Below the pieces are notes generated by a model. That model saw only the letters and a program-made list of their open reading frames with translations. It was not told where the DNA came from and did no database searches. Of a stretch of 64,000 bases of DNA, positions 52,511 through 62,825 are shown in pieces (the first letter of the stretch is position 1; each line of letters begins with the position of its first letter). The stretch is taken from contig CAWJKT010000009.1 in NCBI GenBank assembly GCA_963843375.1, positions 96,001 through 160,000 on the forward strand. The letters are read 5' to 3'. The DNA is from an uncultured Pseudomonadota bacterium (lineage in GTDB: Bacteria; Oederibacteriota; Muellerivitia; Muellerivitales; Muellerivitaceae). Position numbers and translations under genes: made by a program.

Positions 52511-52852
52511 ATGAAAAAGTCGAACAAAGCGAAGGATCTTCAACGGCTTTTGGATTCCCTCGGGCCTGGGCCAAAGCCACTTCAAGACTATGTAGAAAGA
52601 CGGATTCGGGGCCAGGTTTGCCCCCGGTGCGGGTCAACTCAATTAGCTTATATCCTGCGAGGTTTGCAGGCAATGAACCCCCTTCTCGAAATGTTGATGT
52701 TGGTGGAAAAAGTGGTCTTCGGAGGTTGCATGGTAGGCTCCGGGGACAAAGAGTTATACTGCAACCAATGCGAGATGGAATTTGACCGCCAAAAGTTAAA
52801 TGTCCGAAAATCTATTGAAAAACGAGGGAAACATCTAATTGACTGGGCGTGA
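52511..52852 (+). CDS. Hypothetical Zn-binding protein
   Basis: CPRCGS..I.RG..GGC..CNQC. Confidence 0.55.
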   Translation: MKKSNKAKDLQRLLDSLGPGPKPLQDYVERRIRGQVCPRCGSTQLAYILRGLQAMNPLLEMLMLVEKVVFGGCMVGSGDKELYCNQCEMEFDRQKLNVRKSIEKRGKHLIDWA

Positions 52853-52984
52853 ATAGAATTTGCTGATATCAAAGGAATTGAGGAATTTGGGTGTAGGGTC
52901 AGGTTAGAATTGGGCAGGTTTAATTAAACAGAAATATTCACTTTATCATTTAGAAACTTATGTTAATAAAGGTCAGGTTAAATA

Positions 52985-55900
52985 GTGAGACATGTTTTTA
53001 TTTCCGATTTGGTTAAAGAGTTACTCGGACCAAGAAATGGCGCAACAGAAAAATTTAAAACTAATATTGATGATCCCCGTAGTGAGTACACCACCGGCCA
53101 GTTGGAGCCCCCAAAAGCAAGTTTGAATGAAAAAGATATAGATAATGAGGACGGATTAGGTGAAGGCACCGCATCGGCAGAGGAAGATAACGAGGATCAA
53201 GTAGCGGGACTTTTAAATCAGGCTTTCATTGGTTCGGGTGAAAATTTCAGAAGAGTACCTTCTTCAATGGGTATTTCATTTGCGATGAATGAAATGCCAC
53301 AAGATGGCGATTTTGATGTGTGTGTAACTTGGGCCAGATACGTAAAAAACGAAGAAGAATGGGTTAGAAATCCTAGTTTTTGGATCGTGAAATTCAAAAC
53401 CGCTTCTTTACAAGAGGGTGTTGTTTCAGAAGATAAAACTTTATCTCTGTCTTACTACATTACGAAACTAGCCACCGGTGAATCCAAAATTTCTATTTAT
53501 TTAAGTTCGTTAATAAAAAAAGAAGACGCGGAGTTTACTCAAACAGAGGAAATAATTTTTCAGCCCGAAATCAGAGTTGTTCTTAAAAACAAAAATTCTC
53601 TTATCGAATTGGGCGATTTGAGTTTTTTTACCGATGATCCTGAATGGCGTATTTCAACTAGGCAATATGATCGTTTTAAAATTTTTGCCCGCGGTCACCT
53701 TTGCGGGGCCTACTGGAAAGACATAGACCCTCAGCGTCCTTATGAAGAGAAAATAAAACTAAACCCAGATTTACCTTTTAAGTGGATCGATGGCCTTCAT
53801 TTTTTAAGTACCAACCCTCAATTAGGACCATTTATTTATTCAGACTTACGAACGGATTTCATCCCCTTATATTCCTCGCCAGAAGCGGATAGTGGTTTGA
53901 AATTAGAACTTTATGCGGACTTAATCGCGAGCTGTGAAAATTTTGAGGCGTTAAAAAATATTCTCGAACCAATAATTATCGAATATGAAAATTGGGTCAA
54001 TCAAATTAAGGATGATGCGGCCACTAAAGAAATTGACGGCGAAATAATCAGAAGACATAAAGAGGCGATTGATAGAGTTAAGAAAGGTTTGCTTTTTATT
54101 AACAAAGACAAAGATGCCTTTTTGTCATTTTTATTTATGAATAAAGTGATGGCGAAACAATATTCATGGGGACGACAAGAAGATAAAAAAATGCGTTGGA
54201 GGCCATTCCAGCTTGTTTTTATTTTGTTGGCGCTAGAATCGACAGTTAATAAGGATTCTTCAGAACGTGAAATATGTGACACTATTTGGTTTCCTACAGG
54301 TGGCGGAAAAACAGAAGCTTATTTGGGGTTGGCCGCGTTTGCTTTGGCTTATCGACGCCGTACATCAGATACAGAATCAGATGGTTCAAAATCAGGTGAG
54401 GGTACTTGTGTTATTAGTCGCTACACTTTGCGTCTGTTAACAATTCAACAATTTAGACGCGCCTCAAAAATGATCATGGCTTGCGAAATTTTGCGTTGTG
54501 AGACTTCGAAAAGCGATTTTATTGGTTGGATGCCAAAAAGCTATGCAAATCAAACCGGTTTTGTTTGGGGCAGAACGCCATTTTCTATAGGTCTTTGGGT
54601 TGGAGGTGGTGTCACACCTAATGGGATGGAAGGTGCTGGCTTTAAGGACATACCACCGGGAGCAATTCATTTGTTGAACAAACCAGCACAAGATGATGGT
54701 CCGGATCCAGCCCAAATTATAAATTGTCCATGTTGTAATAGTGTTTTGTCGTTCCCATCAGACGGTATTTCCAGTGGTTCGTTAACATTAAAATTAATTA
54801 CAAATAAGAAGCCAATAGGTGTTGATCTTGAGAATTCAATTTCTAACGATAATTTCAAGGTCAGCAAAATAAGCTTTACACCTCATATTTCAAATGTATG
54901 TGGTTATTTAAAAATTGATATGGTTTTGACTTCCCCCGCAAAAGCCCTTGATATACATGAATGGTGGGTAAATGTAGCCGGTCCTACTTTGGGCGTTCAA
55001 CTATTATCATTTAATGCCTCTCGGCCTGGTTATTTTGGTATCCAAGGTGGATTACACGGAAAAATCACTGATTATGAAATTCGTTGTCCGGATCAGACAT
55101 GTGAGATTAACGCTGAATTTTATAAATTCAAACAACCTGGTACGGGTAGGGATTGGGAATATTCTTTAACACATCCAAGTTTTTCGTTACCGAGAGATCC
55201 CCATACTTCCAAAGGTTTGTGTATATCAGCTGAGACAGTTGACGAAAAACTTTATTCGTATCCACCATCGCTGCTCATTTCAACAGTTGATAAATTGGCT
55301 GGAATGGCATTTACGAATGAATCCGCGGCTTTATTTGGGCGTGTGCGAACGTTTTCATCGAAAAATGGCTTCTCTCAAGAAAACTCATCAAAAATAAAAG
55401 TTCTTCAATTTCAAACACCTTGGCTGATTATTCAAGATGAATTACATCTATTAGATGGACCGCTTGGCTCATCATTTGGTTTGTTTGAAACGGCGATTGA
55501 AGCTCTTTGTGATAAACCGAAATATATTGCCTCTTCGGCCACAATTAGAAACTCACTTGAACAAGTTAATTGTCTGATGGGGAGAAAAAGTAAAGTTTTT
55601 CCACCGGTTAATGTTGACGTAGGCGATGGCTTTTTTTTGAAGTTAAAAGAAGAGCATCCGCTAAAGGAAGACAAGCCAGGCCGTTTATTTATGGGTCTCG
55701 CGTTTCCTGGTAGAGCGCCTCAACGGCCTACAGCCCGTGTTTGGGGAAGACTTTTACAAACGGCACAAGATCAATTGAAAATAGTTGAGGAAATATCAGA
55801 TGAAAAGGTAAAAGCGGACACGCTTAGCGTTCTGGATAATTATTGGACTTTGATTGGTTATTTTAATGCTGTTCGTGAATTGGCGCAGGCAGAAACTCTT

Positions 55901-56761
55901 TACCGACAAGACATGCCAAATTATTTAGATAGATTAATGCGACAAAATCCAAATTCGATCAAGCGTGATTTAGATTCATCAAAGTTTAGAAATCTTTCAA
56001 GTCAAACGCGATCAAGTGATTTGCCTGGGTATTTATCAAAAATGGAACTCACAATTAACCATGTCGATTCATTAACAGCGGTCGCTTCAACTTCTATGTT
56101 TGGGACAGGGGTTGATATATCTAGACTTTCTTTAATGGTCGTTCACGGCCAACCAAAGTCAGCGTCACAATATATTCAAGCTGTGGGTCGCATAGGACGT
56201 GAAAGAGCGGGACTTGCTGTTGTTTTTTTCAGGGTTTCAAAACCAAGGGATTTGAATCACTATGAATATTTCACTGGTTATCATAGAAAATTGGCCGTAG
56301 CGGTTGAACCCATCACAGTAAAACCCCTTGCCCCTAAAGCATTAGATAGGACAATTGGACCCTTATTAGCGGTTTTACTTAGAAACTGGAATTTATCAAA
56401 ACCAGAAGTGCCGAAAGACATCGATTTAGATGTGAATGGCGGTCTTGTTACGATGTTAAATTCCGAAATATTAAATAAATTTCAAGAGATATTTAATCGC
56501 AAATGGGATCAGCAAACACCAGAACGACGACCATATCCGGACAAAAAACAATTTTTGAATTTCATTATTTCTCAAATTCAACGTTGGCAGGAATTCGCAA
56601 GGCGTCAGACTGAAAAAGGGAATGTTCTTAAATACAAGCCGGACAATAAAGCTGAGATTGTGGTTTTAGGTAGCGATAATTCAAACAGTGCGGTGTTTAC
56701 GAATGTGCCGCGATCACTTAGGGAAGTTGAGCCAATGATAAATCTCTCGGTTAGTAAATAA
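52985..56761 (+). CDS. drmA: DISARM helicase DrmA-like
   Basis: WRPFQL, FPTGGGKTEAY, YTLRLLT.QQF, IIQDELHL, SATI, GVD.SRL, QYIQA.GR.GR. Confidence 0.85.
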   Translation: MRHVFISDLVKELLGPRNGATEKFKTNIDDPRSEYTTGQLEPPKASLNEKDIDNEDGLGEGTASAEEDNEDQVAGLLNQAFIGSGENFRRVPSSMGISFAMNEMPQDGDFDVCVTWARYVKNEEEWVRNPSFWIVKFKTASLQEGVVSEDKTLSLSYYITKLATGESKISIYLSSLIKKEDAEFTQTEEIIFQPEIRVVLKNKNSLIELGDLSFFTDDPEWRISTRQYDRFKIFARGHLCGAYWKDIDPQRPYEEKIKLNPDLPFKWIDGLHFLSTNPQLGPFIYSDLRTDFIPLYSSPEADSGLKLELYADLIASCENFEALKNILEPIIIEYENWVNQIKDDAATKEIDGEIIRRHKEAIDRVKKGLLFINKDKDAFLSFLFMNKVMAKQYSWGRQEDKKMRWRPFQLVFILLALESTVNKDSSEREICDTIWFPTGGGKTEAYLGLAAFALAYRRRTSDTESDGSKSGEGTCVISRYTLRLLTIQQFRRASKMIMACEILRCETSKSDFIGWMPKSYANQTGFVWGRTPFSIGLWVGGGVTPNGMEGAGFKDIPPGAIHLLNKPAQDDGPDPAQIINCPCCNSVLSFPSDGISSGSLTLKLITNKKPIGVDLENSISNDNFKVSKISFTPHISNVCGYLKIDMVLTSPAKALDIHEWWVNVAGPTLGVQLLSFNASRPGYFGIQGGLHGKITDYEIRCPDQTCEINAEFYKFKQPGTGRDWEYSLTHPSFSLPRDPHTSKGLCISAETVDEKLYSYPPSLLISTVDKLAGMAFTNESAALFGRVRTFSSKNGFSQENSSKIKVLQFQTPWLIIQDELHLLDGPLGSSFGLFETAIEALCDKPKYIASSATIRNSLEQVNCLMGRKSKVFPPVNVDVGDGFFLKLKEEHPLKEDKPGRLFMGLAFPGRAPQRPTARVWGRLLQTAQDQLKIVEEISDEKVKADTLSVLDNYWTLIGYFNAVRELAQAETLYRQDMPNYLDRLMRQNPNSIKRDLDSSKFRNLSSQTRSSDLPGYLSKMELTINHVDSLTAVASTSMFGTGVDISRLSLMVVHGQPKSASQYIQAVGRIGRERAGLAVVFFRVSKPRDLNHYEYFTGYHRKLAVAVEPITVKPLAPKALDRTIGPLLAVLLRNWNLSKPEVPKDIDLDVNGGLVTMLNSEILNKFQEIFNRKWDQQTPERRPYPDKKQFLNFIISQIQRWQEFARRQTEKGNVLKYKPDNKAEIVVLGSDNSNSAVFTNVPRSLREVEPMINLSVSK

Positions 56762-56763
56762 TT

Positions 56764-58578
56764 ATGAGTCAAGGCATTAGACCATCGCAATTTATTACGA
56801 CATTTGGCCCTGGTGCGATTATTGAGACCCCTTTAGGGCCACACGTTTTGTGTAGTACGGATGACGTTCTTAAAAGGATTAAAGATTCTGGAATTAAAAT
56901 GGAGGATTTGGCGATAAGGGATATTCGTCTTCAATGGGGACTTTTAAAGGGGAAGAGAATATTTAAGCTTCCTGATAGTCAAAATAATGATTGGAAAAAT
57001 TTCAGCTATCCGACAAGAAAATTCCCTTCTTGGAACCTTTGTGTGAAACACCATGTAATTCATAAGGCGTTAGATGGTTGTCCAAGATGTGTGAATAAAG
57101 ATAAACCAGAATCAAAGTTAAATAAATACGCTATCAGATTTTTAAGAGCTTGCCCGGAAGGGCATATGGATGATGTTGATTGGTGGTGGCGGGTGCATCA
57201 ACGAAGCAATCATTCTGGGGGAGTACGATGTACTAGTCAGTTTTTTAATTGGTCAGGGGCAGCTTCGTCCTTAAGTTCGATAATTATTAGTTGCGGCGGC
57301 AAAGGTTGTAATGCAAGTTGTTCGTTGGGTGATATCTACTCCTCAGAATCCGATTGTAAAGGTAACAGACCAGAACAACTTCGCAATAAAAGTGAAAAAA
57401 CTTGTGATAAAAGAATGCAAGTTTTTCAGAGAGGTTCGTTTGGTTTAAGGTTACCTGAGGTAGTGGCATCAATGACTATTCCGCCTCTTGTAAGCGAAGT
57501 TCACAAAAATCTGCAAAGAGAAGATGTGAGAAGAATGGTAGATTTGTTGAAATACAACAACATCTTAAACGAAGAAAATTTTTGGAAGAATTTAAAGAGA
57601 GATATTGAAGAAAAACGTATTCCGGAATTTATACAAGAGCAATTGAGATCATGTACTTGGGTAGAATTAGAAGAATCAATTACCCAAATCGAAAAGGCTA
57701 AAGTAGCGACAACGTTAACTGAATATCTTTGCCAGGAACATAAATCTTTAATTGATGTTGTCGATACTGGTTTCCCCCCTTATCCATATGACAATGAAAG
57801 AAGACCAGGGGAACCAATCAACTTTCAGGTTGAGGCAACAGCTATAAGGAGAAATGTATTAAGCCCATCCAAGAAGTTTACTTTTCGTGTTATGCCACTG
57901 GAGAGACTTAGGGTTGTATTGGTTCAAAGAGGTTATCGTCGAGTTGAATATAAGGCACCTGATTCTATTTTGACTTACAACGATGGAACATTTGATTTAA
58001 GTCCCCAAGATGTTTGGCTGCCTGGTGTTGAGCAATTTGGGGAAGGCATTTACATTGATCTAGACCCAAATTTACAAGGGCAAGAAAATTGGTATCCGAG
58101 CGGTGAGGCTGCCGTTAAGTGGGATAGTACAATCCCATCAAGTGCTGGGGTAAATGAACTTGTTTTATGGAACGCACTTTCCGTGTGGTGGCATTCTTTA
58201 TCTCATCGTTTAATAAACGCACTGGTAATACATTCTGGCTATAACTCATCTTCAATTAGGGAACGGTTATATTTAACTAAAACCCCAAAAGGCGAGCTTA
58301 GAGGGGGTGTTTTACTTTATACAACCCAACCTGGGGGTGATGGAACAATGGGCGGTTTAACTTCCCTTGTTCCCGAATTTGAAGATATTTTGAAAATCGC
58401 ATTGAATAATATAGACAGGTGTAGCAATGACCCGCTCTGTGAACACGCCGAAATTGACAAAATTTCAAAACTTGGCTCAGCTTGTTATTCATGCGAGATG
58501 GTTTCTGAAACGTCTTGCGAACATTTTAACGGTTATTTGCATAGAGGACTTTTACTTGAAAAGGCAAACAGGCCCTGA
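56764..58578 (+). CDS. drmB: DISARM DrmB (DUF1998)
   Basis: IRPSQFITTFGPGA, AC..GH.DD, HSLSH.LI, GY..SSIRER, CSNDP.C..ACYSC..SETSCE..N. Confidence 0.88.
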   Translation: MSQGIRPSQFITTFGPGAIIETPLGPHVLCSTDDVLKRIKDSGIKMEDLAIRDIRLQWGLLKGKRIFKLPDSQNNDWKNFSYPTRKFPSWNLCVKHHVIHKALDGCPRCVNKDKPESKLNKYAIRFLRACPEGHMDDVDWWWRVHQRSNHSGGVRCTSQFFNWSGAASSLSSIIISCGGKGCNASCSLGDIYSSESDCKGNRPEQLRNKSEKTCDKRMQVFQRGSFGLRLPEVVASMTIPPLVSEVHKNLQREDVRRMVDLLKYNNILNEENFWKNLKRDIEEKRIPEFIQEQLRSCTWVELEESITQIEKAKVATTLTEYLCQEHKSLIDVVDTGFPPYPYDNERRPGEPINFQVEATAIRRNVLSPSKKFTFRVMPLERLRVVLVQRGYRRVEYKAPDSILTYNDGTFDLSPQDVWLPGVEQFGEGIYIDLDPNLQGQENWYPSGEAAVKWDSTIPSSAGVNELVLWNALSVWWHSLSHRLINALVIHSGYNSSSIRERLYLTKTPKGELRGGVLLYTTQPGGDGTMGGLTSLVPEFEDILKIALNNIDRCSNDPLCEHAEIDKISKLGSACYSCEMVSETSCEHFNGYLHRGLLLEKANRP

Positions 58579-59126
58579 TGGAAAGAAATTACGATGAAAT
58601 GCCGCAAATATTAGTAACCGGGCGATATTGGTTGGGTGTGGCAGGTGCGCGTTTAATTGGCGCTGAAGTCATTGATATGATTAATTCGGCAAAAAGGGAA
58701 ATCATAATTGTTGCGTATCGCTTAACAATCTCTGTTAACGAAATTAATCAAGCGCTCGAGAAAGCATTGGAACGTGGTTGTAATGTGCGAATTATTCGTA
58801 ATGGTGCCGATCAGATAGTCCGATCCGAGGAAAATTATTTAGAAAATCTTTTAACGAAATACACAACGTTATCAGTTTGGGATTTTAAAGAGACTGATGC
58901 GCAAATGTTTGGTATTGCACTTCACGCAAAAATGATAATTGTTGATAGGAAGGTTGCGGTAGTGGGATCAGCTAACTTTTCTAGAAACGGAATGATAGAA
59001 AATCATGAAATTGCCGTGCGATTATCGGGACCTGAAGTTAAGTCATTAGGTATGGCTTGTGAAGAGTTGTTAAAGAACGGTCGTAGTGATGGTGTTGTGA
59101 CTCAATGGAAGAAAAAAGATGTCTAG
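58578..59126 (+). CDS. drmC: DISARM DrmC phospholipase-D-family nuclease
   Basis: Single HKD motif LHAKMIIVD..VGSANFS..N.E. Confidence 0.85.
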   Translation: MERNYDEMPQILVTGRYWLGVAGARLIGAEVIDMINSAKREIIIVAYRLTISVNEINQALEKALERGCNVRIIRNGADQIVRSEENYLENLLTKYTTLSVWDFKETDAQMFGIALHAKMIIVDRKVAVVGSANFSRNGMIENHEIAVRLSGPEVKSLGMACEELLKNGRSDGVVTQWKKKDV

Positions 59127-61506
59127 GTCATGGCATCTTGAAGCTAAATTTAACGAAAATTTATTTTCCTTAAATTGGACAGCTGATTCGACAAAACTCC
59201 TTCTAAATTTATTCAAGTATTTAGATTCAGCAAATAAACCGATATTAACAATGCTACCCCCTAATGTGAGTCCGGCCGCTGCCGCTGTTGTGGCTTCTTT
59301 GTATTTTCTGCCTGGTATGTCTAAACCACCTGAACCTCATTGCCGCATTGCTTTGTATCCAGGCTTACATTTTGTAAATCAATTAAAAGAAATTGCGTTT
59401 AAGGCGAATGATTTAACTGAAGCTGCGAGAATTTGCCGATTAATGGGTAAAGGCTCACCGAGGTTAAATGGCCCCTTAGAGAAACTTGGGGAACCGATTT
59501 ATAAAAGCATTGACGTTAATTATCATTGGATATTTAAGACCGCAAGAGTTTGGGATTTAAATTTTAAAAAACAAGAACGTATATTTTCACCACGCGGAAA
59601 TAATCATTATCATTTTGGTAAAAATGATCTTTACGATTCTTCGATCGACCTTTTTTTAACTGATCGTCTTGATTCAATCGTCGATAACAAAAAGCCATAC
59701 GACTTATTAATTTACTGTCCATCATTCCATTCTACGACATTGAGTCAGTCGGATGCGGACATTGATAACACGTTGAAAAAAGTTTTAACATTTCCAGCGG
59801 ATCGCAAATTAATTGTAGTTCGTAGTCCTTACGACCATTGGGCGTATTCTCTTGAAAAAAAGATGAAAATCGAAGGTATAGGTTTGTCATCACAAGTTAG
59901 TGCCGATAAAACGGAGGTTACTAATCGCAAAAACTTAACCTTTAAAATAGTCGACCAAATAATAAATCTGGAAGAGGCATTTGTACTATTTGATGAAATT
60001 AGAAAAATTTCTAAGAAACCTGAAACGAATAAGATTTCGCTAAATGAATTGCGCCGCATATTAAAAAGACTTTTGGTCGGTCTTGATCCTAAATATTTCG
60101 ATGATGTTTATCAGTTCGAAGACTTACCAGGACTAATTGAAAGGTTTGTGGATTCTGTAAATATGACCAAAGAATCTCTGGCATGGAAGGTAATAGATAA
60201 GATTAAAACCTCAATAATTTCTGGGAATTTGGTTACCAAAGTCGATGAAATTCGAGAAATTTGTGGTTCTGAAAAAGTGGAGGTTTGGGTAACAAAAGAA
60301 TTGGATAGACGAATAATTGAAGAGACGGTGGAGACAAACCAACTTGATACTAAAGTTAAGTTAGCGGACAGGTGGTTAACGCCTGGTGCGGATGAGTCGA
60401 ATAGATCAGTATTACTTTCACGAATCGATCGTGAGGTTGATTTGAATTTAGTTGCGTATTTAAAACCAGGGGATTTAATTGTAATGACAGCTTGGGAGGC
60501 GGTATTAAAGGGTTATGCGGAAAATGGTGGCAGATCTTCAATATTGAAATCATGGGAAAGATCAGAAAAATGGCGCCAACACGCTAACAATATAGGTATT
60601 ACACCTTTTGAAGTGGGTGTTACGTATGCGGATCCTGTATTAGATTTGGCTAATTATTTAGAATCTATACTTTCAACTTTAAATAATAAAACATTAAACG
60701 ACAAATCCGTGGTGATGGAAGAAGAGAAAAGTTGGTGGGATGAAGCGAATAATGAATCAGCTTATGAAACGGCTTTGGATCGTGCACAAGCGGTTGAGAA
60801 AACGGGCGACAATACTTATTTATGTAAAGAGGTGCTTTTTGATGGTGGATTAGGCATGTTTGTTCGCGAAGATGATGAATTCCAAATCATCTCCGAGGAG
60901 GAAGATGGTGCTGAAATATCACTAATTCCGGTAAAAAACTTAAGAGTTGGTATGATTGTGTTGCTTTTTAAAGACACTGAAAGAAATTCATTATTTGATC
61001 TGTTAATGGATCAATTGGAAAGATCCCCCCAGTATCAAACGGATGTACGGGTTGTAAAAGATTGGAAAGCAAAACTGAAAGCCCATGTACGGTTGAATAA
61101 TTTAAAAATCTCAGAAATAAAAGGTATGTTACGTTTAAGAAATAAGGCGTTCGATCATTTTACAATTCGATCTTGGGTATTTGGTTCCACAATGGCTCCG
61201 CAACATAAGGAAAACCTTGTTCTACTTGTAAAGGCTTTAGGTTTAAATACCGTTAAACCGGATGTTGTTTTTAGAAGTGTTAAGAATTTACGTTCAATCG
61301 CTATAACCCTTGGCAGAGCATTAAATCAAGTAATACTGCGCAAAGATTCGGATAAAATTGATGCCAGCGTTAAAGAAGCGCTCTTAGATGCCGGCATCGA
61401 TTTTGAAGAGCTTTCTGATGTTGTAGAGCCAAAATCGGTTATAAGTGTAACCCCCCAAAGCTTAGAAATTGAGGGAAGAAAGATACGTAAATTGTTTAAA
61501 GTATAA
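59119..61506 (+). CDS. DrmE-like protein
   Basis: 795-aa gene inside the drmABC plus C5-MTase locus; assigned mainly by size and context. Confidence 0.55.
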   Translation: MSRSWHLEAKFNENLFSLNWTADSTKLLLNLFKYLDSANKPILTMLPPNVSPAAAAVVASLYFLPGMSKPPEPHCRIALYPGLHFVNQLKEIAFKANDLTEAARICRLMGKGSPRLNGPLEKLGEPIYKSIDVNYHWIFKTARVWDLNFKKQERIFSPRGNNHYHFGKNDLYDSSIDLFLTDRLDSIVDNKKPYDLLIYCPSFHSTTLSQSDADIDNTLKKVLTFPADRKLIVVRSPYDHWAYSLEKKMKIEGIGLSSQVSADKTEVTNRKNLTFKIVDQIINLEEAFVLFDEIRKISKKPETNKISLNELRRILKRLLVGLDPKYFDDVYQFEDLPGLIERFVDSVNMTKESLAWKVIDKIKTSIISGNLVTKVDEIREICGSEKVEVWVTKELDRRIIEETVETNQLDTKVKLADRWLTPGADESNRSVLLSRIDREVDLNLVAYLKPGDLIVMTAWEAVLKGYAENGGRSSILKSWERSEKWRQHANNIGITPFEVGVTYADPVLDLANYLESILSTLNNKTLNDKSVVMEEEKSWWDEANNESAYETALDRAQAVEKTGDNTYLCKEVLFDGGLGMFVREDDEFQIISEEEDGAEISLIPVKNLRVGMIVLLFKDTERNSLFDLLMDQLERSPQYQTDVRVVKDWKAKLKAHVRLNNLKISEIKGMLRLRNKAFDHFTIRSWVFGSTMAPQHKENLVLLVKALGLNTVKPDVVFRSVKNLRSIAITLGRALNQVILRKDSDKIDASVKEALLDAGIDFEELSDVVEPKSVISVTPQSLEIEGRKIRKLFKV

Positions 61507-61560
61507 TTAGTATCTTGACTTTCAAGACAGAAAATAAATTTCCAGGAATTTGTAAATTAA

Positions 61561-62823
61561 ATGAAAAAAAGAGTTTTATCCCTTTTCTCCGGCTGTGGTG
61601 GAATGGATTTAGGTTTTGAAGGCGACTTCAATGTTTTGAAACGTTCTGTTGGCGAAATGTTTTTATTAACCAATAAAATTTCAAACACTAAAGATAAATG
61701 GGTTCACTTACCAAAAACTTCCTTTGAAACAGTCTTTTCAAATGACATTCTTCGAGGCGCTAAGGCGGCCTGGATTCCATATTTTAAAACCCATAGACAC
61801 AGCAAAGGTGAGTTTCACCTTGGTAGCATTGTTGACTTAGTAAAGGCTTTTAGAGCAGGAAATAAGAGTGTCTTCCCAGCTAGCATAGACGTAGTCACGG
61901 GCGGGTTTCCATGTCAGGATTTTAGTTTGGCTGGCAAAAGAAAAGGTTTCAATTCACACAAAGGGCACCATGGCGGTTTATTAACGGAAGCTGATGAGGC
62001 AAAGGAAGAAAACCGCGGCAAGCTTTATATGTGGATGAAAGATGTGGTTGATATTACTCGACCAAAAATGTTCATAGCTGAAAACGTAAAAGGTTTAGTG
62101 AGCTTAGAGAATGTTAAGCAAATTATTGAGGATGATTTTCGAAAAATAGGTGGCGGGGGATATGTGGTTGTTCCGGCGCGAGTATTACATGCTGCTAATT
62201 ATGGTGTTCCGCAAACAAGAGAAAGAGTTTTGTTTTATGGCTTTAAGCGTTCCGCGTTAAAGGCTGAAGCTTTAAAAGCCTTAACTTCTAAATCTGTTCC
62301 GGGTGAATACGATCCATACCCAGTAGCTACCCATAAAAGCAGCGCTAATCGTAGCGAGTTAATAACTGAGATGGATTTATTGCCAGTTGTAACTATTAAA
62401 GAAGCTTTAGCTGGATTGCCAGAACCGGAAGTGGCAAAAGAAGAGTCTCAAAAATGGTATTCAAAAGCAAAATACTACGGCCCGCATTTACAGGGGCAAA
62501 TTGAAGTTGATCCCAATAAACCTGGTCCCACGATTAGATCTGAACATCACGGGAATATTGAGTTCCGCCGTTTGGCAAAGAATCATGGTGGGAAGAACCT
62601 TGACGAATTGAACAAGGGCCTAAAAGAGCGTCGTTTAACTGTTCGCGAGTGTGCCAGAATTCAAACATTTCCAGACGACTACGAATTCGTTCGTAAAAAT
62701 GGCGAAAACCCTATTAGTTCTTCAGAAGGTTATAAGGTTATAGGGAATGCTGTGCCGCCGCTCTTGGCTTATCATGTAGCTGCTCGTTTAGAAAAATTAT
62801 GGCCTAAATTATTTAGGAGCTAA
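61561..62823 (+). CDS. DNA cytosine-5 methyltransferase (DrmMII-like)
   Basis: LSLFSGCGG, GGFPCQDFS, ENV, Q.RER, RECARIQTFP, IGNAVPP. Confidence 0.93.
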   Translation: MKKRVLSLFSGCGGMDLGFEGDFNVLKRSVGEMFLLTNKISNTKDKWVHLPKTSFETVFSNDILRGAKAAWIPYFKTHRHSKGEFHLGSIVDLVKAFRAGNKSVFPASIDVVTGGFPCQDFSLAGKRKGFNSHKGHHGGLLTEADEAKEENRGKLYMWMKDVVDITRPKMFIAENVKGLVSLENVKQIIEDDFRKIGGGGYVVVPARVLHAANYGVPQTRERVLFYGFKRSALKAEALKALTSKSVPGEYDPYPVATHKSSANRSELITEMDLLPVVTIKEALAGLPEPEVAKEESQKWYSKAKYYGPHLQGQIEVDPNKPGPTIRSEHHGNIEFRRLAKNHGGKNLDELNKGLKERRLTVRECARIQTFPDDYEFVRKNGENPISSSEGYKVIGNAVPPLLAYHVAARLEKLWPKLFRS

Positions 62824-62825
62824 TC

